In this document: positions 39,398-51,878 of the stretch, in pieces
How positions within the stretch are numbered: position 1 is the first letter of the stretch
Layout: every line of letters starts with the position of its first letter
Assembly: GCF_024521635.1 (NCBI RefSeq)
Contig: NW_026250407.1
Coordinates: 62,001 to 126,000, forward strand
Direction of reading: 5' to 3'
Length of the DNA: 64,000 nucleotides
From: Tricharina praecox
Taxonomy: Eukaryota
Notes under the pieces: generated by a model
What the model was told of the DNA's origin: nothing
Database searches by the model: none
Seen by the model: only the letters and a program-made list of their open reading frames with translations
Made by a program: the position numbers and the translations under genes

Positions 39398-41949
39398 GGC
39401 GAATTCTTTTTTTCCCTTTCTTTCTTTCTCTCTTTTTTATTTCTTTCTTTTCGCTTGTCCTGGGGGGGTGGGTGAGTGTGGATGGTGGTAGTATGTAGTA
39501 ATGGTGGTGGGGGGGCGGAGCGCCGGAGATAAAGACTGGGAGGAAGAGGAAATACAAAGTGTAGATCCAGACTCCAGAGTGCTCGACAAGGACTCTGAGA
39601 TAAAAAAAAATTAAAAAAAAAATGACGCACTCGAGTGGACGATCGGACACCCTGGGGCGGACAGCCGCAGCAGTGCAGCACAGCGTTTTTTTCTGCTTCT
39701 TCTTCCTCGAAGACAAGCGCCGCGTCCGTCCGGAGTCCGGACTATCTCGTTTTGGATAGATAGATTTCGAGGTTCCGTGAAGTAGAGTAGAGTATTCGGT
39801 AGTGGCGATCGGGGGGGAGGGGGAAACCACGCTGCTGCGAAATGTAGAGTAGATACGTGCGCCTGCGTACGGGGTGGGGGGGTGGCGGTGGTGTGGGAGA
39901 TGGTTCCTGAATCCGAACGAACGCGTGGTGGATCGGACGGAGGATGAAGAACGTCCGTGGGTTATGAGACCCCCCGGGACGAGGATTAATGATTTGGATT
40001 AACCGTTTCCGGGCGACGGAAGGGAAGGAATGCTGGCGCGAACAACGAAGTATCGATGCGATGGATTATGTATGTATGTGGAGTATGTTCCTGGTGGTCC
40101 GTGTCGATTGTTGGCTGCGTGAGAGAGTGACTGTCTGGGATGCAAGACGCGAAACGACGGTGGTGGTAGTGGAGGTGAAGAAGGTGGTGGTGGACCGTGG
40201 TGGTGGTGGAGGAGGAGGAGGAAGGGAACGGCCTGCGGGAAAATCTGCGGGAAAATCTGCGTGCTGGGGGGGGGTGGGGGGGGGGGGGGGCTGTAGGTAC
40301 GGTACCTGCTTACTCTAGCTGCCTTTTTGAAGGAAACAAAGTAAATACAGTACCGACTTCCATCTACACATATACGCAGGTACATAGAACGTAGAGTACC
40401 TACTCAGGTACATACCCAATTACATACCGTGTCTATCCAAGCATTCCCACCATCGGATTCTGCCCGTGTGGCCCACGACGGCGGTAGCGACGACTGCCAC
40501 GGGACCATGTGTGCGCGTGTGTGCGTGTGTGTGAGATTGATGTTTTGGGGATTACGGTAATCACACAGCCGCAGCGGCGAGTCAGTCAGCGCAGGTACCG
40601 GTATGTACTCTACTTTGGTATGTATGATAACAGCATCGGTACATGCATGCATAGCAAAGCAGGCTGGAGCTGCCAGCTGAAGCGAACACGGACCGACCAG
40701 ACGAGTCTAGCCTCGAGCCCGGATATATTCCGTTCTGTCCTGTGCTGACCTGTCCTGTCCAGCCTTCCGTCACGACTCACCACCTTCCCTCCTTCCTTCC
40801 TTCCTTCCAGTTCCTGTTGACGTGTGCCTGCCGTCTGCCTGCCGTCTAGTCTACATCTATACCCTATGTATAGTGATTAGGGCTGTCCATGTTGGCCCTT
40901 GAGGCCCTTGGGGCCCTTGGAGCCGGCTGTGTCGGTCGAACAATAGTAATCGAGGCAGACCTAGCGGAAGGAAGAAACAATTCCTCTCCGGATCCCCGGA
41001 TCCCTAGAAACGAAGGGAGGGCGGGCGGGAGCATTGACCCGCTCGACATGTATCATATGTATCGATATCGTCAGTCACCAAGGAACCGATTGGATTAGAA
41101 CGATTAGAACGGCGAGTTCGTTCGTTTGTTCGTCCGCCCGCCCGTCCGTCCGTCTGTCTGTCCATCTGTCTCGGTGAGAAGCGCCGAGTTCTACACGGAC
41201 GCGGACACGGACGCGGACGCTACGGTCCGATCTGGCGAGTAAACCTTCATTCGAGACATGCGTGAGTGAGAAAAGTATGTATTTACTTCTTTCTTCCCTT
41301 TCCTCGACAATCGTCTCGGGGCTTCGACATAGGTATGTATGTAAAAGCAACTTGCGCGCGATCAGCGCTCCACCGCTCCACCGCTACACCGCTACACCGC
41401 TACACCGCCGAGATCACGATCACGATCACGATCAGGATCAGGATCATGAATAGGAGCGGGATCCGATGCAGCCGGGAAGCGGAAAAAGCGGAAAAAGGGG
41501 TGGTGGTGGTGGTGGTGGTGGTGGTGGTGGTGGTAATAGTGGTGGTGAAGCCGCATCTCATTCCGAATCTTGCCATTGGTTGGGCCTGGCCCGCGTCTAT
41601 CGCGTGTAGTTGCCTTGGGCCACGATGGAAAAGCCAGAGGCCCAGAGGTAGCGGACACAATTATTTCGTATGTAGCTCCCATCGTCGGTACGGCTGAAAC
41701 CTCAAACGAGCGGACCATCCGACGGACCGGAGCGGAGCGCGAAGCAGGTAGGTAGGTCCCTATGTAAGCAAGCAAGCATCATCTCGCGGACACCTAGGTG
41801 CCTATGTGGAGCAGGCAATCTCCATCTGCCATTGCGACATTATATTCCACAGCCACAGCCCCACACAACGACGATGATGATGGCATCTGTACCTGTCTGT
41901 GCCTCCTCCTGTTCATCCTCCTGCTCCTGCTCCGTCTCCGTCTCCGTCT

Positions 41950-42047
41950 GACAGCAGCACTAGACAGACAGACAGCAGCACTAGACAGACAGACAGCAGC
42001 ACTAGACAGACAGACAGCAGCACTAGACAGACAGACAGCAGCACTAG
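41950..42047. repeat. 21-bp minisatellite GACAGCAGCACTAGACAGACA, ~4.7 copies
   Basis: Perfect tandem copies read directly. Confidence 0.95.
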
Positions 42048-43258
42048 CAGGTATCGGGGGGTGGATACGAAGAGTCGATGAGTCGATGAGTCGATGACAA
42101 ACAAACGTCCCCGTCCCCGTCGGGCTTGCACGATGGATTGGTGCAATGGGGGCGTCATTGAACCCTTCGTCCCCCCCTCCCCCCGTCCCCCAGGATGCCG
42201 ACCACGGACACGGACCCGACCACGGACCGAGTCGATTAGGAAAATGCACCGGACCGAGAAGAAAAAAGCAAAGCGAACGCGAACGCGATCAACCGCCCCC
42301 GCCCGCCCCCGACGATTTCGATCGGGCCCCACCCTCCGCCAAGGGGGGGACGACGGAAGATCGATCTGCATTCTGGATTCTGGACGGCTGGTGGTGAGCT
42401 CGCCGGCCGTTGTGCTTGTAGAGTACGTGGGCTTGGGATGATGGGACATTGCGGGGCACGGATTGCTAGGACTGCGAAGGGATTGCTGGTCCTGCCGCTG
42501 TCTATGTAGACTCTACATACTGCCGTGAGACTGAGTAGGGCGAGTGAGGTCTGTGGGCTGTGAGGCAAGTGAGGCCTGGACGTCAATGCCAGACATGTGT
42601 CATCACCCGTCACCCAATCGCTTCCGTGAGTCTATGAGTCCATAACCCACAGTACCTGCTATACACTGCAGTTCAATGATTAAACCAAAAAGATTCTTCA
42701 TCCAACCCTCACCCCTCGTGCCCACATGCAATAATAATGTATATAGTATTATATACTCCTCTACATTGCACCTCGTTTCTATCTTAGCCTAGAGCACATC
42801 TAGAGCACATGTAGAGATATATGCAGAGCCGTGACGCCCGGGAAACTGGTAACCCCCATCCCTGCAAGAAAAAGGTACTCCCTTCCTCCGCTCTTCATCC
42901 CCTGTACATGAAGGGAGAACGTGACCTCACTCGCTCACCCACTGTCCACTCTCCAGCCTTGGGAGTTGGGATGATGATGACATTACCAATAGTGACGGAG
43001 GGAGTGGGTGGGTGAGCGTGTGTGGGTGGGTGAGCGTGTGTGGGTGGGTGAGCGTGTGAGAGAGAGTGTGTGAGAGAGAGCAAGAGAGATAGAGAGATAG
43101 AGATAACCAGAGAGAAGGAGAGGAGAGAGCGAGAGGGCGGAGATACGACGGGGCATAGAGTTCCGGCATCTCCATCTCCATGGCTACACACGGCCACCAC
43201 CCATCCATCCTCGCCTCTTTCTCTCTTGCTCGCCTTGCCGCATCCTCATGCGCATCCC

Positions 43259-43306
43259 CATCCACATGCACATCCACATGCACATCCACATGCACATCCA
43301 CATGCA
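43259..43306. repeat. 12-bp tandem repeat CATCCACATGCA, 4 copies
   Basis: Read directly. Confidence 0.9.
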
Positions 43307-43760
43307 CACCACGCCCTGTCGAGTCGTATCGCCCCCACGCCCTGTCGAGTCGAGTCGTATCGCCCCCACGCCCATACATGCACACGGTTTTTTATTTTGT
43401 TTTGCTTTGTTTCCCTCCATCTGTTTCTTTTTCCAGCTTTTTCGGCGCTGGGCAAGAAGGCCACGAGACACCACTTCCCCAGCTAGACCGTGCACGGTAC
43501 GAATCGTGGATCGAAGGTGATCCGAGCGCATGCAGCGGCGATTTGGATTCTTTTTTTTAGTTCTGGAGCTGCTCGAGCTGCGCTGTATGGGGACTGTTGG
43601 TTCCACAGAATATGGAAACAGACACGGTCACTCCCGGATGGGGAGGGGGGGATGGACGGATGGGCGAGGATAGGTAATGATGTGGTGTGGTGTGACTATG
43701 ATAGTCCACGGATGCACTGGCAAACGAGCGTGCCTGCGCTCCTTTCGCTCCCGGCTCGAG

Positions 43761-43815
43761 GTGGATGGGTGGATGGGTGGATGGGTGGATGGGTGGATGG
43801 GTGGATGGGTGGGTG
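43761..43815. repeat. GGATGGGT octamer array, ~6 copies
   Basis: Read directly. Confidence 0.9.
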
Positions 43816-46800
43816 GGAGGCGAAGAGGCGAGGTGGGAGGCGGAGGAGGCGATGCAGGTACACACTCGACACACACCGGGGACGACGACGACGCGAAAGC
43901 AGCAAAAATCGTACCACCCTGTGTGCGCTGCGTGCCTGGTGATGGTGCCTGGTGCCTGGTGAGGGTGCCTGGCGCCTGGTGGTGGTGCCTGGCGCCTGGT
44001 GGTGGTGCCTGGCGCGGCTGTGGGTAAAGCGGGGGACGTATCGTTGTATCTACCGAATGCATATAGGCGGATGCATAGATGGCGAACGAACGTTGAGTCG
44101 TTGATGGGATGCATCAGCTGCCCCTCTTTTCCTCTCGAAGTCGCAACACTCTATCAGCATCTTCGCTCACTCCTCATTCGCTCTCACTCTCTCATTCACC
44201 CTGCGCATCGCACCACCTAATACCCCCCATCCACCCCACCCCCCCATCCCCCAGCGTCCGTGCAGTGCTGCAGCGATGCAGAGCGGACCAAAGATCCGCC
44301 CCCGCCCCCGCCCCCGCCCCCGCTCCTGCTCCTGAACCCGCAGGAACACTGGCCATCCCCCCCATCCCCCCATCCCCCCCATCGACCCCATCGACCCCAT
44401 CGACCCCATCGACCCCATCCATCCCCCCTCCCCTCCCCATCCATCCCCCCTCCCCTCCCCCCATCCCTTCCCCCACGGAGATTGCCCGATGGTTGACTCG
44501 ATGATGAGACATATGTACATCCCCCCAGAATATGTAAATATCTAATGCGCCCGGATGATCTCCACCATCGCTCGCTCGCTCATGCTTTGTAGATACTTGC
44601 ATACATCTATCTAGTAGGTGCGCTTGGGTAGTACGGGTAGTATGGTTAGGCGTCGGGCGTGCATGCTACCGTATGTAATGTATATAGTACATGCTCTAGA
44701 TACTCTAGACATGTACATATTGCGAGATTCGTGGGCCAGACCCGAAGCGGGGAAAGCGGTCGCCTCAACGTTGAAATGTTCTCTGTTGCTGCTTTTATGT
44801 CTAGGCGGTCGATCCCTATTCAACAGACATCAGACAGTATTATCAACACTGCAGAGATACTCTAGGTACTTTGGGGTTGTTCAGTCTGGAGACTAAGACT
44901 ACAGGCTGCTTTCCTTTCTTGCTGCTTTTAGTCAGTTAAGTCAGTTGAATCAGTTGTCCGTACCTGTCGAGCCCTCCACCCCCCCCCCCTCTCCATCCTG
45001 GTAGATACCTACACACAAAGGCACGGCTCTGCCACCGCCCACCGCCCACCGCCCTACGCGCACTACCGTGTATGCATACTCCGGCCACACCGCGCAGCAG
45101 CAGCAGTGGCGCCCAGAACCAGAACCAGAACCGAAACATCCTGCTCGTCCATGTCTTCGTTTGTTTGTGCCTGGTCCGTGAGGAGGAAAAGGAGGAGGGG
45201 CAGGAGAGCGCGCCTACTTGCGTGCACTTGTGCACTCGGCAGAAGCGATCACGAGGCGGAGCCCGAGCTCGAGCTCCAGCTTGAGCTTGAGCGGTGGTGG
45301 AAGAAGTGGAAGTGCTGTTTCGGATATCGCTGCGGCCACTGAACAGCGATATCGGGCTAATCCTCGCGAGACTGCAAGACTGCAAGACTGCGGGCGAGGG
45401 GTCCCCGGGTGACTGACTAGATTTCGCTCCCGGATTTGCGGGTTGATCTTCAATAGGTATGATGCTGGTACCTGCCTAGGTACGTGGGGTAAGTGCCTGT
45501 TTACTCGCGATATCACTCACACCGATGGCCCATCGCTGTCGACTGTCGACTATCGACTGGTCCCAGACACGGATAACTCAAATACTCAAATACTCAAAGA
45601 TGGAAAACTCCATACCCCATGGCCCAATCACAACCGTATGTACATACTGTGAATATCTAATAGCTCTATCATACTAGAGTATATGTAGAGTGATCGTACC
45701 TGCATTCCCTGTACCACCCATAGTAAGTACCTCATTGGCAGATAATGCCCAGACCCACTCCCCCCGCACAGCACAGCATATAACTACAGCACAGCATATA
45801 ACTACAGCACAAGCCAACTTTCTTTCGGCGAGCGCCGTAATACTAGAGCAAACTATAGGTAATCCACCTATATACATACGGACGGTCGGACAGATGGGAT
45901 GAACCGCCATAAACTGCTACAAGAATGTTTCGCCCATGGCCCAGCCAGAGCCCAGACACATCCAAACGCGACCAGACCGCCAAGTGAGGGGAAGACTACC
46001 TCTGTAAATCTGGCCGCTTCAGCATAGCCGCCCCGATCCGAATCCGCCTCTAGTTACATCTCCACATCTCCACATGCCTAGAGTCCACCGGGCCATGTCT
46101 CGTCTCACACTTTGCCCTACTAGCGCGCACGGTTTCCGGTTTGGCGGCATCATGGTATATCACTCTTGAAACTCGAGGCTTTGGCGGAATTGGAAGTGGA
46201 ATTGGAATGAGTTTCGAAGGTGGAGTAGAGTGGAGTGGATAAGTTACATAACATAAAGACACACACATTCTCACTCTCACTCTCGATACTCAGAATCAAA
46301 ATGTTTCGATGATGGAGTAGAGTGAACAATCCAGACACACGACATCTCACTCAGACGGAATCAATGGTTTTCAATGGAGTAAAAGTGAATAATCCAAAAA
46401 AAACACACGACATGACAAAACAAGCACCGAGTCCCGCCGTCGGTGATAAAGGAAAAATAATCAAAGAAGAAAGAAGAAAATAGAATGGAAAAAGAAAAAA
46501 AGAAGGTAAAGTGTTCGGAAAGGTAAACAAAGCATGAGCAGGAGGAAGAAATACACCAAACCCAGGCAAGAAAAGATCAAAAAAGAATACAGGAAGGAAA
46601 TGAAATCGAGCAAGTCTTGTATTCGGAATCGGGTTAAAACCCGAAATAGAGGGAAAAAAGGGGAAGAAAAAGGGGAAAGAACATCAGGAATGTGACGATA
46701 AAGTCAAAGCCAAAACAGTACAAACCCGGACAAACAATATCAAAAATGAACCCACGGCCCCCCATAAGGAAAACAGCAAAACCAAGACAACAAAAGCAGA

Positions 46801-47333
46801 GAAGCCGTCGAAAACAAAGGTGCGTCAACATCAACAGCTAGAGAAGACATCAAACAACACCATCACGACTCTTCCATCAGCATTAAGGAAGAAGAAAAGG
46901 GAGTACAAACGGCAACCGAGGTATCAACCGGTGAAATCACGAAACAAAGTAAAATGAAAATCCCCCAACGTGAACCAGGCCAGACCAGACAGTTTCGCAC
47001 CAGACCGAAAATAAACAAAAACATAATCAACAGAGAATATCCAAAATTCCAGAAGAAAAAGAAGCCGCCCAGACAATCAAACGCACAAACACACACGTAC
47101 ACAATCGAGTCGTCACACCGTTCACCGTCCACTTTTGCGCGTCCAGGATCTCAAAGATGAACCCACCACCACCACGTCACCCAGTCACCGTAACCAAAAT
47201 TGCACTCACCCCGACGACCACCACCACGGCCGCCGCCGCCGCGAGAGACGACGACCACAACATCATCCAGCCAAGCGTCACCTGATACAATCCTCGTCGA
47301 CAGTCAACCACACCACTTTAGCCACCGTCAGAC

Positions 47334-49745
47334 CTAAGCACCGCTCCACCATTGTGTCTGTTGCTGTGGGGGTGGCTGTGGCCGATACCCTTGGGATGGA
47401 GGTGGGTACTGTTGCTGGTGCTGTTGTTGCTGCAGGAACTGCTGCGGGGTGGGTGGTGGGTACATCTGCGGCTGCTGTGGGTGGACGGGGTGCTGCTGTA
47501 CATGCATGGAAGGCATGGCCTGCGGATGTGATTGGGGTATCTGCCGTTGTTGTGGGTGCGCCGGTTGTGGCTGCTGCGGGTGACCCGATTGTGGCTGGGT
47601 CGGATGGAAGTATGCACCTTGCGGCAGGTAGCCACCTGCAGCGGGGTTATGCAGCTGTTCTGGTTTGATGCCCTGCGTTGGCCGGACAGGGGAGTGCTGG
47701 ATCAGCGTGTTCATCGGATGCAATTGCTGCTGCTGCGGTTGCGATTGCTGCTGGGGCTGTTGGTGCTGCTGAGCCTGCTGGTGCTGCTGCTGAGCCTGCG
47801 CCTGTTGCTGGGCCTGTTGCTGAGCTTGTTGCTGGGCCTGCTGAGCCTGTTGATGTTGATGATTTAGCGAGGATAGCTGCTGCGGGCTCATCATCGATGG
47901 CGGTTGCTGCGGGTGCATCTGTGCGTGGTGTTGAGGCTGCGGGGTAGTGTGCTGGGGTGTGTGGTTGGCAGCCAATGGCGGGCTAGTGATGCGCTGCTGG
48001 GGTGGAGGCGACTTCTTGTACATGTTGTCGTACATCTTCGTCCGCATGGCTCGTCCCTGCGTCAGATTTTTGTTGAACTCGGCGGTTTGATGGGCCTGAT
48101 CCATAATCTGCGTCATGGGTATGTTCGAGGACCGATCTTGATACGGCGGTCCCGAGATCTCGTGTCTTGGGCGAGGCACATTGTACAACTCCTTCGATGT
48201 CCTCTCTTCCTGCGGCATGACGTGAATCATAGGCAGCGGAGCCAGGTTGACCGGCGCGGGTCCTCCGAGGCCTGGCTGGACCATCTGTGGCTGAGGTTGC
48301 TGCTCGAGCTGCACCGATTCATGCGTGTACAACGTGGCGGCGGCGGGTTCCGTGTTGCCGCCTTGGGGCGTCGGTTGCGGTTGCTGGCTCGCCTGTGCCG
48401 CTTGCTGCGCAGCTTGCTCGCTGGCAGCGGCCGCTCTCTGCTTTGCTGCGCCGGGTCTCTTCTCTCCTGCTGGATCGTCCTCTGTAAACCCTTGCTTCTT
48501 GGCCTTCATCTCCCAATAATCGTCCCGGACACGTCGCCCGTTCACGATCACCCGACTGCCAAACTGCCTGAACATGCTCCGCGCAGTGACAATCGCGATC
48601 TGTCGCGAGCGATACGAGTAGGGCAGCAACTCCTGTTGGATCAGATCATCCTTTTCGGCCTGGGTCGCAATAATCTTGAACAACGATCTATTCTTGTTGA
48701 ACAGCAGGTAGGAATCCCTATAACCAAGGACCCTAGCGCATTCGGTCGCCAGCATGAAGAGCTTGTCCCCTCGGTTCGGAACGTGGAAAGTCCTGCACCG
48801 ATATTCTCTCCCACCCAGAAGGTGGCCCGTCATCATCACCTTTTTATCGCCCGCATCGTCCGTTTCGCGCGGGATGTATTCATCTCCCTCCGGGGTCAAC
48901 TGGTCAGTGGTATGGTCCCGCACGGTGGGTAATGCTTTGACCGTAGTCGTCTTTGGGGGTGTCGGTTTGGGTGGGGTGGGAAGAGCGACGGCTGCGTGCT
49001 GGACCTGAGGAGTTCCAATCGTCGATTGCGGTGGCGGTGGATGTTGTCGTTGCTGGTGCTGTTGCGGCGGGAGGTGGGGCTGTTGCTGTTGCTGCGGCTG
49101 CTGTTGTTGCTGTTGATGCTGTTGCTGATGCTGTTGCTGCTGCTGCTGGGTGGATGCGGCCTGCATCTGTGGACTGACAGGTATAGCATTCTTGTTCTTC
49201 GGGGGACGGCCCCGTTTCCTTCGTGGAGGGTCCTCGGTCGGGACTAATGCGACAATCCGTTAGATACCAGACCTTGCAGCGATATGAGGGAGGGGAAGGT
49301 TGGAGTATGGCAGGTACAAAAGACGGGGGGGGGGGAGAAAAAAAGAAAAGAAAAATCACGATCAGGGCTAGGTGTGGGATGGTAGGAGAGGGGGGGGGAG
49401 AGAGAGAAGGGCACGTCAATCACATCGCAGGAGACACAAAAGAAAAGAACGCGTACCTGCACTGACACTGAGATCGCCACCCGGACCATGATTATGGTTG
49501 TCGGGAGATCTACTTCGCTTCAGTCCGCGAGGACTGACGTTCTCCAGAGAGGTTCGCGGCTTAGAGTCCGTATGGTACTCGGATGTAGCCGTAGCTGGCG
49601 GCGAGAAGGGCATGTGGTGTTGATTGGCGGGCATATAGGTGCCGGTCGGGTTCAACGAGGCGGGGTTGATTGTTCCATCGAGATCGCCTGGGTTATTCAA
49701 GCCCGAGTTGGCAAGCATGGGCGAGTTTGATGTCGGCGAAAACAT
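47334..49745 (-). CDS. NPL6: RSC/SWI-SNF subunit of the Npl6/Rsc7/Swp82 family, with AT-hook and Q-rich tracts (2 exons, ~732 aa)
   Basis: Family domain DDAGDKKV...GHLLGGREYRCRTF...LFMLATECARVLGYRDSYLLFNKN...IVTARSMFRQFGSRVIVNGRRVRDDYWE. Intron 49456-49244 joins ORF 49745 to an exon encoding RRKRGRPPK. Confidence 0.9.
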
Positions 49746-51784
49746 TCAAGCAATTTAGGATGGGCCTATCGCCGCCGCCACTGCTGAGCAGGCGTGCTTT
49801 GGCTGGGACGGGGGGAGGGGTGGGCGGGGTGTGAGCGTCAAATGAGCGCTCGACTCCGGTGCGCGGGAGTGGGTATCGCTTTTTTTCGGACGCGCACAGC
49901 CTTTGTGCTGCTTAGTATGTCCGCAACGGGACGATGCCGTTGGCACTTTCGATGGTGGTGGTGGTGGTGGTGGTTATGGATGGAAGGATGGTGGATGGAT
50001 GGTAGGTACGTTCAACGGGACGTTTCGTTGTGTGGTGGGTGGGGAGGATTGGGTTGGTGGGATGGTAGTGGTAGTGGTTGTGGTAGTGGTGGTGATGGTG
50101 GTGGGGTGCGTTGATGTTGCGGCGTGCAGTATGAGAACGCGAGGCGAGGCTGGGGGTGGTGGTTGGCGATTTGTGTCCTGAGCGCGTCCCTTTCGTTTGG
50201 AAGACGGGGATTTTTCCGGAGCCGCAATCACCAACGAGCGGCGCGCAACAGCGGTAGAGTGGGGAGGGAAGGGGGTGACCAAACCCAAAAGTTGGATGCG
50301 CGTCTGTAAGGTATTGTATGTGTGGTTATGGAGGGGTGGGTGGTGGGGAGTAGTTGGATGGAGTTGCGATGGGATTGGATTGCTTCGGATGGGAGGGGGG
50401 TGTGAAGGGGGATGGATTGGTGGTTACTGCTGCGGTGGTGGGGAACAAGCAGCCTGTCGCTTGGTACAAGGGGGCACAGATTTTTTGGTGGAGGGGTTGG
50501 GGGGGTTTGGGGGGAGGGGGGATAGCGGGTGTGTGTGTGTGTGAGTCGAGAGTGATGTGAGTGGGAAGTGGGAAGTGGGTGTGGGTGGGTTTTGGGGGGT
50601 TGGGTTGGGTTGGGGTTGAGTGCGGGTACGAGGGGAGGGAGAATAAATCGAAGCGACCGAAGAGGGAAAAGAACAGGCTTGCGGAGCTCCGCGGGGGCCA
50701 AGAAGCAGACAGACGGAGACAGGCAACGATGGACGGCGACGGCGAAGAATGCGACGGGCGGAAGACGCGCAAACGCAAGAAGCGAGGGAGCGAGCGCAAA
50801 GAGCACCGTTACTAACACACACTGGCACTGGCACGGGCCACGAGAAGGGGGGGAAGTGGGACTGGCTGGCCGACCGACTGGCTGACTGGATGACTGGCTG
50901 ACTGGCTGGGGGGGACAAGCAACAGGGAAGAGAGAGGAGGGGGGTGGGGGGGGGGAGAGCGCGCGTTCGAGTTGTATATGGGGGTTTGCGGGTGTTGATG
51001 GAGGACGATGATGATGATGGCGGTGGTGGTGACGATGATGATGGTATTGACGCTTATGCTGATTATGCTGTAGCAGTAGGCCGACACTGTTGGTGTGGTG
51101 CTTGGAGATGCTGGCTGCTTGTCGCTGCTGCGGCTGCTGGCCTGTGCTGCTGCTGGTCTTGCTGCTCCTGGATGCTTCCGCCTCAGGCTCGAGGTGGGTT
51201 GATTGCGACGACGACAGATCCCCGACAAGAGAGGTCAGGTTCAACCGTGCGGCAATGCAGTGTACGCTCTTCTGGGGAGAGAAGGAGGGGGTGGGCGGGG
51301 GAGGGGGGGCAAAGGGAGGGAGGGGAGGGAGGGAGGGGGAGGGAGGGGAAGGGGGTGGTGGTTGCGGAGGAGAGGGTGTGGTGGGAGAGAAGGGAAGGGT
51401 GAGGGGTGTGGGGCGTTCGCGAATCGTGGAGGGAAGGGAGGGGGAGGGAGGGAGGGAGGGTGGGTGGAAGGGAGGATGGGTGGGTGAGGGGGATGTGTGT
51501 GTGGGCTTGGGTTGGAGTTGAGTAAGTATGGCGAGCGAAGGGTGTGGGTGCGATGGGGACGGGGGAGGGAGGAGGGGTTTTGGGTTCAATAGTCGCTAGT
51601 ATGGAGTAGTTCGCAGCAAGTGATCTGATGGTGTGCTGCTGCTGCTGCTGGCTTGACGCTTGGATGCTTCCGCTGCTTCCTGCCTCTGCTCTTGCTTTTG
51701 CGCGCCGCCGCCGCGGTTTTTTTTTGCCGATACGGATATGCTAGGGCGGTTGATTGGTTGGATTACGCATCGCGGATTGTGAAT

Positions 51785-51878
51785 TCGGAGTGCGGATTGC
51801 GGACTACGGACTGCGTATCAGACTGCGGATTGCGGAGTGCGGACTATGGCTGCGGATTGCGGAGTGCGGACTATGGCT
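51785..51878. repeat. GCGGA(T/G/C)T heptamer array containing two copies of a 27-bp unit
   Basis: TGCGGATTGCGGAGTGCGGACTATGGC repeated at 51824-51877, with degenerate copies upstream. Confidence 0.85.

Noticed and set aside
41950..42047. Direct repeats as a CRISPR-like array
   Set aside because: Copies are contiguous with no spacers, there are no cas genes and the context is eukaryotic; this is a minisatellite.
50228..51589. 453-aa Pro/Ser/His-rich ORF as a conventional gene
   Set aside because: No ATG, built from simple repeats and homopolymers; kept only as a possible non-AUG upstream frame within the NPL6 leader finding.
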